A stretch of 64,000 nt of DNA from Thecamonas trahens ATCC 50062 (taxonomy: Eukaryota; Protista; Apusomonadida). Under the pieces are notes generated by a model. That model did not search any database, had not been told where the DNA came from, and worked only from the letters and a program-made list of their open reading frames with translations. Shown here one piece after another: positions 1 to 10,454 of the stretch. Position 1 is the first letter of the stretch. The number at the start of each line of letters is the position of its first letter. The DNA lies in contig NW_013657662.1 of assembly GCF_000142905.1 (NCBI RefSeq), positions 434,001 to 498,000 of the forward strand. The letters are read 5' to 3'. A program made the translations under genes and the position numbers.

Positions 1-112
1 GGGATGTTGTATGCTGTTGTGCATCGGCACGTTGTTGGTCTTGATCTGTTGCCTAGAGGGCGTGATGAGGTGAGCCGGGTGAGGCCAGGAGGGCCCTATG
101 CTGTGGCATTGC

Positions 113-814
113 TCATCTGGGATCGATGGCGGCGTAGTTGTCAGGAAGCGCGAGGTCGTAGCCGGCCAGGATGGCAACGCGGGGGTTGAGTAGGTCGCGG
201 AGTTTGCGGAGGCGGGCGAGGTGGCCCTCGATCCGCGCAACGCGGGGATCTTTGTCGGCGTCCGACGCACTTACGCCATCCTTATCGGCAGCAGCCTTGC
301 CATAGACAGCGCGGCCAAGGACAGCTAGCTCATTGACACCAAACCGGCGCCACAGCGGCGATGGCTGGATGAGATACAACCGGATGCGGGTGATGGCCGG
401 CTGCGGATCAGGCAGGCGACAGCTGATTACCTTTGTCAGCGGTGAGGCAGACATGGAATCGTCTGCACCCTCTCCATCAGCGGATCTGGGCGCCACCACA
501 AGAATGATCCAGGCCTCGGCATCAGTCTCGAGATGGGGATCGGCCATGAGCTTGACGACATCCATATCAATCCAACGATCATCAGCCACTTCATCATCGC
601 CAGTATCATCATTTGCCCGAAGATACGAGAGTCTCAACGCGGCGGTGTAGTAGTTACGAAAGGCGATGACGGCCAGCGCCGCCGAGCTCTCCTTCAGCGT
701 CAGCTCCTGGTACACCGGACATGGACGGCTTCCTGGCGGAGCAAAGACCTGTGGATGGAGAACAAAGCTCAAGTCAACAACCTCGAGCCCATCCTCTCCT
801 TCTCCTGTACTCAT
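113..814 (-). CDS. NICN1: Nicolin-1 (tubulin polyglutamylase complex subunit) homolog
   Basis: Motifs FRNYYTAAL, LMADPHLETDAEAW and IRLYLIQPSPLWRRFGVNEL match recalled nicolin-1 blocks (FKNYYTAFL, LMPDPHSEEGAQEY, LRLILRQPSPLWLSFTVEEL) in the same order. Confidence 0.85.
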   Translation of the reverse strand: MSTGEGEDGLEVVDLSFVLHPQVFAPPGSRPCPVYQELTLKESSAALAVIAFRNYYTAALRLSYLRANDDTGDDEVADDRWIDMDVVKLMADPHLETDAEAWIILVVAPRSADGEGADDSMSASPLTKVISCRLPDPQPAITRIRLYLIQPSPLWRRFGVNELAVLGRAVYGKAAADKDGVSASDADKDPRVARIEGHLARLRKLRDLLNPRVAILAGYDLALPDNYAAIDPR

Positions 815-2160
815 CCCCTTCTTCTTCAGCCGTAGTCACGTGCCTCGGCCTCAGCCCTAGCTCTTGCCCGCTCGTCGAGGCCGGTGTGGTCTCGGTTCGA
901 CTGGTTGAGCTGGTCGGCCACCACACCGACGTCCGATCAGATTGGCCTCACAGTAGGATAGGATTGAGCCAGCTAGTGCTTGACTATGCCTCATTTTTGC
1001 CAATCTCTGCCATCATCATCATTGCGCACGAGTCCTCATCGCCTTGAAGTACAGAGCAAGCGAGTGAGAGCAGCTGAGCCCACTCTTCCCCGCCCCACAC
1101 ATTGCCCTCCCCCCCCTCTATTCCGACTCCGATCTTCTCCTCCATCTTCTCCATCCCCGTATCCCTGCATGTGTGATTCCCTCTTTTGCGATCGATCATC
1201 CAACCATAACTTCATTCCCCAGCTCTCCAGCTCGCTTCCTCGACTGGCTTCCTCGCTGGCGTGCGCGCAAGCGCTTGGTCGCCGGCTACCTGACAGCCAC
1301 CCAAACGCGCCTTCTTCCCCTCTCCAAACTCCAGTCCGACACCTGGCTCCCCGTCCCAGGCCCACCATGACCACAGAAGCCTCCCGCTGTCTCGTACGTA
1401 TATCCATTCCCACCTATACCTATGTCTATCCCCTAATCCAAGCCTCAAGCTCATTCCCTACATACACAACACCTCCTTATGTGTGTCTGTCTGTCTGCAT
1501 ACATGATGACGCTTGGGGCGTTGATCACCTGGTTGATCACGTAGGGCTGATCGATCACCGGGTTGATCACCCGCCCTCCCCCGCGCCCCCGCCACTCCCT
1601 CATACTCTCAAACTCCCTCTCCCCCACCCCCCCCCCTTCCGACCCATGCACCACCCACTAACCCCTTCCTCCTTCTCATCTCCTTCATCTCCTTTACTCT
1701 CTCTCATCGCTCAGAACCGGAGTCTGGCCTCGCTCCTCGCCAGACAACCTGGCCGAAAGGCCTCGTCGGCGGGGGAAAGTGGTCACAGCGAGCTGGTACG
1801 CACGCGTGCCTAGGCCACTGACCCAAGAGTCCGCCCCCCTTCCCCCCCCCTCCCCTCCCTCCCTCCTCTCCCTCCCTCCCCCCCCCCCCCCGGCCCCCCC
1901 TACTCCCAGCCTACCACTCCCACCGCCCACCGCCCACCGCCGCCCCCTTCCTTCCCCCTTCCCCTTCCCCTCCCCCCCCCCTTCGCCTGCCCCCTTCCCT
2001 CCACTGACCCCTCCTCCTCTCTTCTCTCCCTGTTTCCCGCGTCGCTGCCACCGCGCGCCAACGCCCAACTCACGTCACTCGCTGGGATGATCAGTCTGCG
2101 ACGCGAACGATCGGAGACTTGCGGAGCAAGGTGCTGTCGCGGACGGCAAGAACGCCGTCG

Positions 2161-5100
2161 ATGTCGGCTCCGAGGAGACGGCCAAAGTCGAGAGTCTTGT
2201 CGCGGAGGCTGTCGATGGCAAGGCTGCACTCGGGAGATCATCACAATCTACTGCTGGAGGCCAAGGCAAGGAAGATCCAGATGGCTGTCCGCAAGTGGCT
2301 CTTTCGCAGGCGGCACAAGGGTGCTGTTGTCCGGCTGCGCAAGCGCAACTCGGCCGCCAAGGAGATCCTCTCCACCGAAGAGGTGTATGTGGCGCGGCTC
2401 TCCGTCGTTGTCAACGTCTTTCTCGAGCCGCTCCGCTACAACGCGACGCAGGCAGCTAACCCGTTTGTGACGACCGAGGAGATTGGTGCGATCTTCTCCT
2501 CGGTCGAGCTGATTCTGGCACTCAACTCGGAGCTCCTGCTCACGCTCCGCGAGCGGATGTCGGGGTGGAATCCAGGCGACACGCTGCTAGCGGACATCTT
2601 CCTCCACTTTGCGCCGCTCTTTATTCTGTACGCCGAGTACTCGTCCAAGTTTGAAGAGGGGATGAAGACACTGAATCGGCTCGCGGCCGATCCGGGGCGC
2701 GGCCGATTTCTGGCCTTTTTGCAGCACTCGGCGTCGCATCCGGACGTTCCGCATGGCCTCTCGCTCGCCGACCTCCTCATTGCGCCTGTTCAGCGACTCC
2801 CGCGCTATGTCCTCCTCCTTCGCGAGCTCATCCGATACACTCAGCCGCTGCACCCGGACTACCACGCTCTGCAGGATGCCATCGAAAAGGTGACGGCATG
2901 CACATCGTCAGTCAACTCGGCGATCTCGCGCCACGCCGCGCTTGCCTCGCTCCTCGACTTTGACGCGACTATGCTGCCGTCGCCGGCGCTGCCGCAGCTT
3001 GTCCAGCCCTGGCGCCGCCTGCTCGGCAAGTACGACGTGACGACTGACGACGGCTCGCCGCTGCTGCTAGTGCTGTTCAATGACATGCTGCTGTGGGCGG
3101 AGCCGAAGCCGGACTCGATGTACAAGTACGTGGCGTCGGTCGGCCTCGAGTCGTGCGTCCTCGTCCACCACATGTCGCAGGTCGACGCCGCTGAACGCGA
3201 CGAAGGGCCGGAGTTGGACCAGCTCTCGGCCGCGCTGCCTATCATTCCACTTGACGGCTTTCACCTGGCGTGGGGCACCGAGCTCTCCACATTTCACGCC
3301 AAGTCGGCCGCCACTGCCGAGGTGATGATCTCTGATATTCTAGCTGCCATGGACGAGCGGCTGGCCGCCAATCCGGACCTAGTTGTCCGGCGCGCCCGCG
3401 CCGTTGCGCCGCTTGTGTCTCGGCTTCCGGGCCTCGCGGCCTTTGTCCGCCGCTCTTGGGTCGACGATGTGTCGGACGCCGGCGATGCTTCGGAAGACTC
3501 GGACGACGACAACGAGGACCGCGAGACGTCGGCAGCCACCGCATTTCTTCTCGGCGAGAGGGCTTCGGGCGGCGAGCCGTCGACCCGGCCGCGCGCCCCG
3601 TCTGGCACTGCTCGCCGCGGCTCGCTAGTCCCGGTCACTCTTGGCTGGCTCCGCGACCTGAGCATCCCGTCGTACTTTGAGGCCAAGATCCACTACCACC
3701 GCGGCGGCAAGCTCGCAGTGTACAAAGAGCGGCTAGGTGTGGTCGTCCCGCACCTGCTCCTCCTCTTCAAGAACGCCAAGAACTCGTGCTCGCCGTTTGC
3801 CGTCTACCCACTCACCGACGGCGAGCAGGTTCTTGGCGTGAACAAGAAGAAGAAGAAGAAGTCGTTTACACTCTCCATTCCGGGCCTACCACGCCTACAC
3901 TTTTACGTCAAGACGGAGCCGGAGCTCGTCTCGTGGACTGTCGCCCTCGACGCGGCCATTCCCGCTGACGCGGCTTCTGCGCGTCAGTTTGCGGCTGCCT
4001 GGCCACTCTACTCGCGCCTTCTCCATCCAGAGCTGACCAAGTCTGCCATGGTCAAGCATTCGGACTACGCCGAGCTGGTATGGGATACGGTGGCAGCAGC
4101 CACCGGGCGTGCCTTCTCGTGGCCGCTGTCGCGGACCATCCAGCATTTGCTGCGGGCCAAGGACCCGGCCGACGGCGAGTACGAGGACGCCGCATTTGTG
4201 CCTGCTACCGACAACGAGGGCAGCAGTCAGTCGCGCATCAAGCTCTCGCACATCCTCCGTCCAGCGCTGGCCAAAATGCAGAATGATGCGTCGCCAGCGC
4301 AGCTGCGCGAGCTTGGCTTTACCGTTGCCCACGTTCTCCTCTGGGGTCGCGTCACTGCTGGCAACGCGTCGGTTGTGGGCTCGGCGCCGCTGATTCTGGC
4401 CGTCAAACGGGTGACGATTGCGCTGTTCGAGTCGTCGGTCCGCTCGCTTCGCTCGCTCGCCATGCTGCTCACCGTCGAGCTCCTGGTTGCGCCTGAAGTG
4501 CTGATGCATCACTACGCCGAGCTCGATGTGACCGCCGCCGGCGCGGGTCCGCCGCCGCCTGAGGCTGACCGCAACGCCTTTCTCCGCTGCATGGCGCTGC
4601 TGCTGGAGCTGCGGCTGCAAGGGCGGAAGCGGCTCGAGCTGGGCGACGACGCTAAGCTTGTCCACGCTGCGTTTAACGCGCTAGTGGCGCTCGCCTCGGA
4701 CGTCTTTGCCCGCACCGCGCTCCTCGAGCACTCGCTCATTGACCACCTTGTGGCGCTCCTCCGCGGCATGGCGTCGTCATCACGGGTCTCCAAATCGGAG
4801 ACGCCTGTCCACACGGCGGCGGCCAAGGTGCTGCGGCTGCTTGCGCAGCACGACTCGACTCGCCGGGCGGTCATTGAAGCCAAGGGCCTCGACGTCATTG
4901 TGGCTCTCCTCTCCAAGTACAAGACCGAGGTGGAGCGCGCCGAGCGCGAGGCATCATCGACCCAGTCGCGACTCAAGGTCTCGGAGCCGCTGACTAATGT
5001 CATGACCTCGGTCCTTGCAGTCATTCAGTTTCTGTGCGTCAACGACGAGCTTCGCGAGCAACTCGCGTCGCTTGTCATTGTCCCCCACTGCTGGATCTTT

Positions 5101-6764
5101 TTGCCAACTCGGGCTTGCCGGACTCGTTCCGCGCCGCTGTCGGCCTCGCTCTGCAGCACTTTGCATCATCACACACCGGCCGCAAGCTGGCGCAGGACAT
5201 GGGCGCGCTGCCGGTGGCGACACAGGTGATTGTGGCGCTTGCGGCGCAAGCGCCATCGCGGCTTTTTGGCATCACGCTCGCGCTCCTCCAGCACCTCACC
5301 TCGGGGCCTGCACTTGAGAAGCAACTGGTGCTGGACACGTTCCGTGACCTCGGCGGTCTCTCGCCGCTGCTCGCCTTTGTGGCTGCGTACCTTGTCGAGG
5401 CTACTGGCGCGGTGGCGGACTCGGGCTCGCGGCGCGAGTCGGGGTCAGCCAACGGAATGTCTGGGGACGTCTCCGGTTCGTCGGCGCGGACAATGCAGGT
5501 GGCGGCGTTTGCGACGCTCGCCAATGTCATGGAGGGAAATCTCATGAACCGGACGCTGGTGGCGCAGGAGACCTCGCTCCTTCCATGCATTCTCGCGCAT
5601 CTCCACAACGACGAGACCGAACAGCGGGCTCGACTCCACCTGCTCCGAATTGTTGCGTATCTCTCCGAGACGCCAGCCGGCTCGCGAGCCATTGCCGAGA
5701 CACCGAACATTCTTGACTCGATGCTGGCGATGCTGACGTCGGACACGTCGCGGATGCAGCTGCTGGTGGTCCACATCCTGCGGTTCCTCTCACACGACTC
5801 GGCGTTTTCCGAGCAGATTGTCGATGCTGTGGCCGAGCGCGATGCTGTGCCGGGCATCATGCGCGAGCTCTCGTCGTCAGACGTGACCGACGATGACGCC
5901 GCTGTCCACCTTGACCGCCTCGCTGCAGTTCTCTCCATTGACCTGCCCCAGCCAGCATCGGGCCAAGACGAGAGTCATGTCGACGAGCCCGACGAGGAGG
6001 CGCTGACGTCGCTGCTGGTAAGCGACGACAAGGTTGTGGCACGGGTTCGAGCGCTCTTTGCCTGGCAGACGTCTGACAAGACTCAGCTCTCAATCCGAGA
6101 GGGCGACGTCGTTGCGGTCATCGAGACGACCAACGATGAATGGTGGTACGGTGTCCGCGGCGCCAACGAGGGTTACTTTCCCGCGCAGTATGTCGAGCCG
6201 GTTGATGCTGACGCACTGGCGGCGCTCATCGCGGCCAGGAAGCCCGAGGCGGCGGCCGTGCCGGCCAAGCCAGAGGCGACATCCGCAGCGAGCAAGCCTT
6301 CACTGCTCGCCAACGTCTCGGCGTCCTCGCTTCAGCTGGGCGGCGATACCGAGTCGGGCGCCGACACGGCTGTCTGTGCCGACTCTTCCGCCGACTCGGA
6401 CTCTGAATCGTTCACCTACTCGTCGTCGGACTCGTCGCATGCCGCGTACGTTGCCGTTGTGCCAACCAAGGCCGATACCAGCCCTGGAGTGGGCGATTCG
6501 GCGGCAGTGACCAAGGTGGCTTCAGTGGCGGTCTCGGACGTCGAAATTGCCAGCTCGGCCGAGTGCCTCGACATGGCTCTGTCTGAAGCAGCGGCCGAGG
6601 CGGCAGCGGCCGAAATGGTTGTGGCCGAGACGGCAGGCTCGGACTCGGGCTCGTCATCGCCCTCTTCGGGATCGGGCTCGGACTCGGACTCGGGCTCGGA
6701 CTCGGACTCGGACTCGGACTCGGAGTCGGACTCGGACTCGTCCAGCGACTCGTCAGGCTCGTAA
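2161..6764 (+). CDS. RhoGEF with IQ-DH-PH-(PH)-ARM repeats-SH3 and Ser/Asp-rich tail; one frameshift near 5082-5086 joins ORFs 2119..5229 and 5034..6764
   Basis: IQ motif KIQMAVRKWLFRRR; DH motifs EILSTEEVYV, LLIAPVQRLPRYVLLLREL; PH-like LVLFNDMLLW; Leu-rich ARM-like helices; SH3 ALFAWQTSDKTQLSIREGDVV..EWWYG..GYFPAQYV. One extra C in the C5 run gives continuous VIVPPLLDLF. Start uncertain (ATG 2161; 2087 possible with another missing base). Confidence 0.8.
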
Positions 6765-6817
6765 GTGTGACGAGACTCGAGTGGGTGGGCAGTTCAATGA
6801 ACATGTGTGCACTGTAT

Positions 6818-8689
6818 CTACGACGATGATGAGTTCGAGCCCGAGGCGGAGCCGGAGATCGAGGAAGACGCCGAGCTCGAGGCTGACGACGAGCCGGAAG
6901 CTGAGCCGGCCTCAACGGCACCGGCGGCCATGATGCTCGGGCCGGCCGTCTGGCGGTAGGCAAGGTCGGCCTCGTCGGCCCAATCGTAGCCGCCACGGAG
7001 GGTGGAGACGGCGGCGGCAAGGGCAGCGAGGGCGGCGGTGAGGACAAACGAGAGAGCGTTGAAGGCGACGTGGATGTTGTCAACCTTGACGGTGCGAGTG
7101 CCGCGGACGGTGTCGTCGTGGTCAAGGGAGCGGGCAGAGTAGCCCGCGGTGATGCCGTTGAGGGCAAAGGCGACGAGGACAAAGGCAAAGGCAGAGCTTC
7201 CGGTGAGGACGTTCCACTTCCAGACGTGGACGAAAGCGAGGAGGGCGACGCCGACGGTGAACATGCCCGAGGTGATGGTGACGGAGTAGGCCTTGACTGC
7301 TGCAACGTTGATCGAGTCAAACGAGAGGTCGTTGTCGATGAGGTTATCGAAGAAGACTCCCATGAGAACGAGCTCGATCAGGGCGAGGAGGAGAACAAAG
7401 GCAGTGAGGCCGGCGACGATCTTGCGGCCGGCGCGCTTGAGGGCGGCAAACGAGGCGTCGTCCGAGGTGTCCTGCGCATCGCCGACGTCGGCCTCGTTCA
7501 TAAAGTTCACAAAGTAGTCGACGACAAAGATAGTGGCGCCGCCAAAGACAACCTGGACGAGAGTGGCGATGCCGGCCATGGTGACGCGGCTGTCGAGGTC
7601 GCCGGCAATGTTGGACGAGCCGAGGTCCCAGACCTTGAACATGTAAGCGGCAGCCCAGATGTTGAAGACGACGGAGAGGAAGCCGGTGGCGGTGGCCATA
7701 ATGCGCGAGGCGGCGTGCCAGGTCCGGAGGTGGACAAAGGCGGCAAAGATGAATCCAAAGGTAACTGCCGAGGCGAGCATGGCGATGTCCATAAACTGCG
7801 GCGAGGCGTTGTTGTTGGCGTTGGCATCAACCACGCCGTTGTCCAGCGAGCGACGCAGGTTCGAGTTGTGGTACAGGGAGAGGACGACAAGACGGAAAAG
7901 CTCGACGGCAGTGAGGATGCTGGCGGCAATGAAAACGACATGCTTGGGCTTCTCGCCGGCGGCGCCAAACTTGCTGTCGTGCTCAAAGGTCTCGGACGGA
8001 CCAAAGGTCTGCGAGAGCGCTGGCAGGAGGAGGATAACGACGATGACGGCGAGGACAACGACAGCGGCGACAGTGAGGCCGGCGATGCCGGAAAACTCGT
8101 CGGCGAGCTCGACGTTGACGTCCGACTTGCCGACCTGCCACATCTTGATGGCAAAGCCCATGGCGTTGACCTCGAGAGCAAAGGAGATGAGGGCGACGGC
8201 GGCAGTGGCCATGCGAGTGATGACGTTCCAGTGCATGATGTGCATGACGCCGACAACAACAAGGACACAGCCCACAACGGCAGCAAGCTCGGTGGCCTGC
8301 AGGAAGTACGGCGTCGCCTCGTTGGTCTCGTTGGCGTCAAACTTGTTGTCGGACGACTCAAACTTCCGGCCGGTCTTGTCGGCCACAATGGCGAGGCGGG
8401 AGGCGTAAAAGACCAACGCAAGCAGGAGCAGGCCACCAAAGACAGCGCGAGCATTGTAGACGAGCCAAGGCGAGCAGCCACCAAGCGCCGATGACGACTT
8501 GTGCGGGCCAACCGCGCCCGGGCCACCCCATGCACCCTCATCGCCGCTAGCATCCTCGTCCGAGTACACGTTGTCGTAGGTATACGGGTCGGCAGCGGAC
8601 AACGTCGAGCCGCTTCCCGAGTCACTTCCCGAGCTGATTCCCGAACTAGAGTACGACATCTGTCCTTCCGTGACATGAGTGAGTTGCAT
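6818..8689 (-). CDS. Polytopic membrane protein (~12 TM) made of three tandem AWPM-19/PM19-like 4-TM units, with Ser-rich termini
   Basis: Three ~170-aa-period units share N-x-A..F..LA.V..H..W..G/A-F/Y-x-x-K..G. Unit 1 NEATPYFLQATELAAVVG..GVMHIMHW..AMGFAIKMWQVG resembles the plant AWPM-19 consensus. Start ATG 8689 or 8659. Confidence 0.75.
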   Translation of the reverse strand: MQLTHVTEGQMSYSSSGISSGSDSGSGSTLSAADPYTYDNVYSDEDASGDEGAWGGPGAVGPHKSSSALGGCSPWLVYNARAVFGGLLLLALVFYASRLAIVADKTGRKFESSDNKFDANETNEATPYFLQATELAAVVGCVLVVVGVMHIMHWNVITRMATAAVALISFALEVNAMGFAIKMWQVGKSDVNVELADEFSGIAGLTVAAVVVLAVIVVILLLPALSQTFGPSETFEHDSKFGAAGEKPKHVVFIAASILTAVELFRLVVLSLYHNSNLRRSLDNGVVDANANNNASPQFMDIAMLASAVTFGFIFAAFVHLRTWHAASRIMATATGFLSVVFNIWAAAYMFKVWDLGSSNIAGDLDSRVTMAGIATLVQVVFGGATIFVVDYFVNFMNEADVGDAQDTSDDASFAALKRAGRKIVAGLTAFVLLLALIELVLMGVFFDNLIDNDLSFDSINVAAVKAYSVTITSGMFTVGVALLAFVHVWKWNVLTGSSAFAFVLVAFALNGITAGYSARSLDHDDTVRGTRTVKVDNIHVAFNALSFVLTAALAALAAAVSTLRGGYDWADEADLAYRQTAGPSIMAAGAVEAGSASGSSSASSSASSSISGSASGSNSSSS

Positions 8690-9025
8690 AAGTGGGGGGA
8701 ATCCACGCTAGGACCAAGGTGGGGAGGGGGAGGGGGGAGGGGCAAGATCGGCAGAGAATGGGGGCAAGTTGAGCCCAGAACATGCTGGGCTAGCCATCGA
8801 TAGGATCGGGCGGCGAGGACCAAGATCAGTAGAGAATGAGCGAGCAGAGCAGAACAACCAACAGCAGCAAATTCGACGAGATCAGAATCAGGTGCAAAGC
8901 CAAACGAGTACCACGCCTTCCAGCAGCAACCAGCACCAGCATCCATCACCATCACTACCACCAATGCCCAGTCCCAGTCCCCGTCCACCGTCCCCATTCC
9001 ACCGTCCCCAATTCCCAATCCCAAC

Positions 9026-9102
9026 CAACCATACACCCCACCAACTTGCCCAACCAGGTCATCATGCCCACCATGCCCGTCCCCCCTTCACCCTCCCCCC
9101 CT

Positions 9103-9170
<68 letters not shown>

Positions 9171-9238
9171 GACTATCACACACTATGTCACTGTTCGTAC
9201 ACTTTGTGTCGTAAAGTCGAGTCTACCCACCAGTGTTA

Positions 9239-9311
<73 letters not shown>

Positions 9312-9409
9312 GGTTGTGGTCGTCAGAAGGCGGTGTGCGTCCACGACGGGGGGGACGGGCATGGTGAACATGATGACTCGATTGGACAAGCTGGTGGGGT
9401 GGATGATTG
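9026..9409. repeat. Imperfect ~60-bp inverted repeat (9026-9086 / 9349-9409) enclosing (CA)n at ~9105-9170 and (GTC)n at ~9240-9311
   Basis: Left arm accccaccaacttgcccaaccaggtcatcatgcccaccatgcccgtcccccc; reverse complement of right arm accccaccagcttgtccaatcgagtcatcatgttcaccatgcccgtcccccc. Confidence 0.85.
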
Positions 9410-9419
9410 CGCGTAGCTG

Positions 9420-9612
9420 ACAGCGTCGGCGCTGGCGGCGAGGGCGCGGAGCTGACGGCGTCGGCGCTGGTGGCGAGGGTGTCGATGATGTCGGGGAGAA
9501 AAGCCACGCGAGTCATGGCGGCGTGTGGGCTTGCGTCAGCGTAGAGCGCGTACGCGTTGATGAGCGCGGCGTCCAGAATCCAGTACAAGATGGCGTGTCA
9601 CCACTTGCGCGG
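9420..9612 (-). mobile_element. Degenerate piggyBac-like transposase C-terminal fragment
   Basis: Minus strand reads RKW*HAILYWILDAALINAYALY..MTRVAFLPDIIDTL, typical of the segment after the third catalytic Asp of piggyBac transposases; in-frame TGA where Trp is expected; no upstream DDD core visible. Confidence 0.65.
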
Positions 9613-10080
9613 CCACGCCGACTGGCAAGCTCGTCCGTCGCAAGAAGATCCACAACGTCCTCCCGCTCTCCTGTCCGGCCGCTGTGTTCAACTATGCCAT
9701 GCTCCCCTTCCCGGTCGTTGGGGTCGTCAACGACAAGCTCAGCACCGTCCGCGCGCCCACCGATCCGGAGGAGCGGCGCCGTACGGCACCTCGCGCGCAT
9801 CGCCCATGCCCCCAGGCGCTCGTCACCGCGACGGCAACTCGGGCATCCTTCAGGCAGGCGTCTACGTTTCGGCCGCCATCACGTCCGGGCGTACCTCCTA
9901 CCTCAAGCCGCAGACCAAGCAGGCGTCGCGCAGCTTCGGCCAGGAGACCTGGAAGTCAAGCATCATCGAGTTGTTCACTCCGAGACGCGCGACAGCACGT
10001 CCGAACGACCGTACCGTTAAGGGATACCAAAAGTCCCGCAGGCGGCAAGCAAAAGCGACAGGCGGGACAGCCAGGCTATG

Positions 10081-10441
10081 ATCAACGAGGCAGTCGTCGA
10101 CGAGGCAGGCGTCGACGAGGCAGGCATCGACGAGGCAGTCGTCGATCAGGCAATGGTCGATCAGGTTGGTGCCAACCAAGCGATGGTGAGGAAGCGGGGG
10201 GGGGGATGTTGGTGGTCCAAGCTGGGGCAGTCAGCAGCGGCAAAACGAGCAGGACGGGGGGGGGGGGGTGGACAGAGACAGAGACAGAGACAGAGACAGA
10301 GACAGAGACAGAGACAGAGACAGAGACAGAGACAGCAAGCCAAAGCCACACACCTCACTCCACCACCACCACCACCACCACCACCACCACCACTACTACT
10401 ACCACCACCACCACCACCACCACCACCACCACTACTACCAC
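10081..10441. repeat. Simple repeat block: 15-bp tandem (gtcgacgaggcaggc-like, ~6 copies, 10081-10165), (GAGACA)n ~10273-10334, (CCA)n ~10360-10441
   Basis: Read directly from sequence. Confidence 0.9.
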
Positions 10442-10454
10442 TAACCTCGCCAGC

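Noticed and set aside
980-2090. Pro/Gly-rich ORFs in C-rich intergenic DNA
   Set aside because: Translations of homopolymer tracts with no domain evidence.
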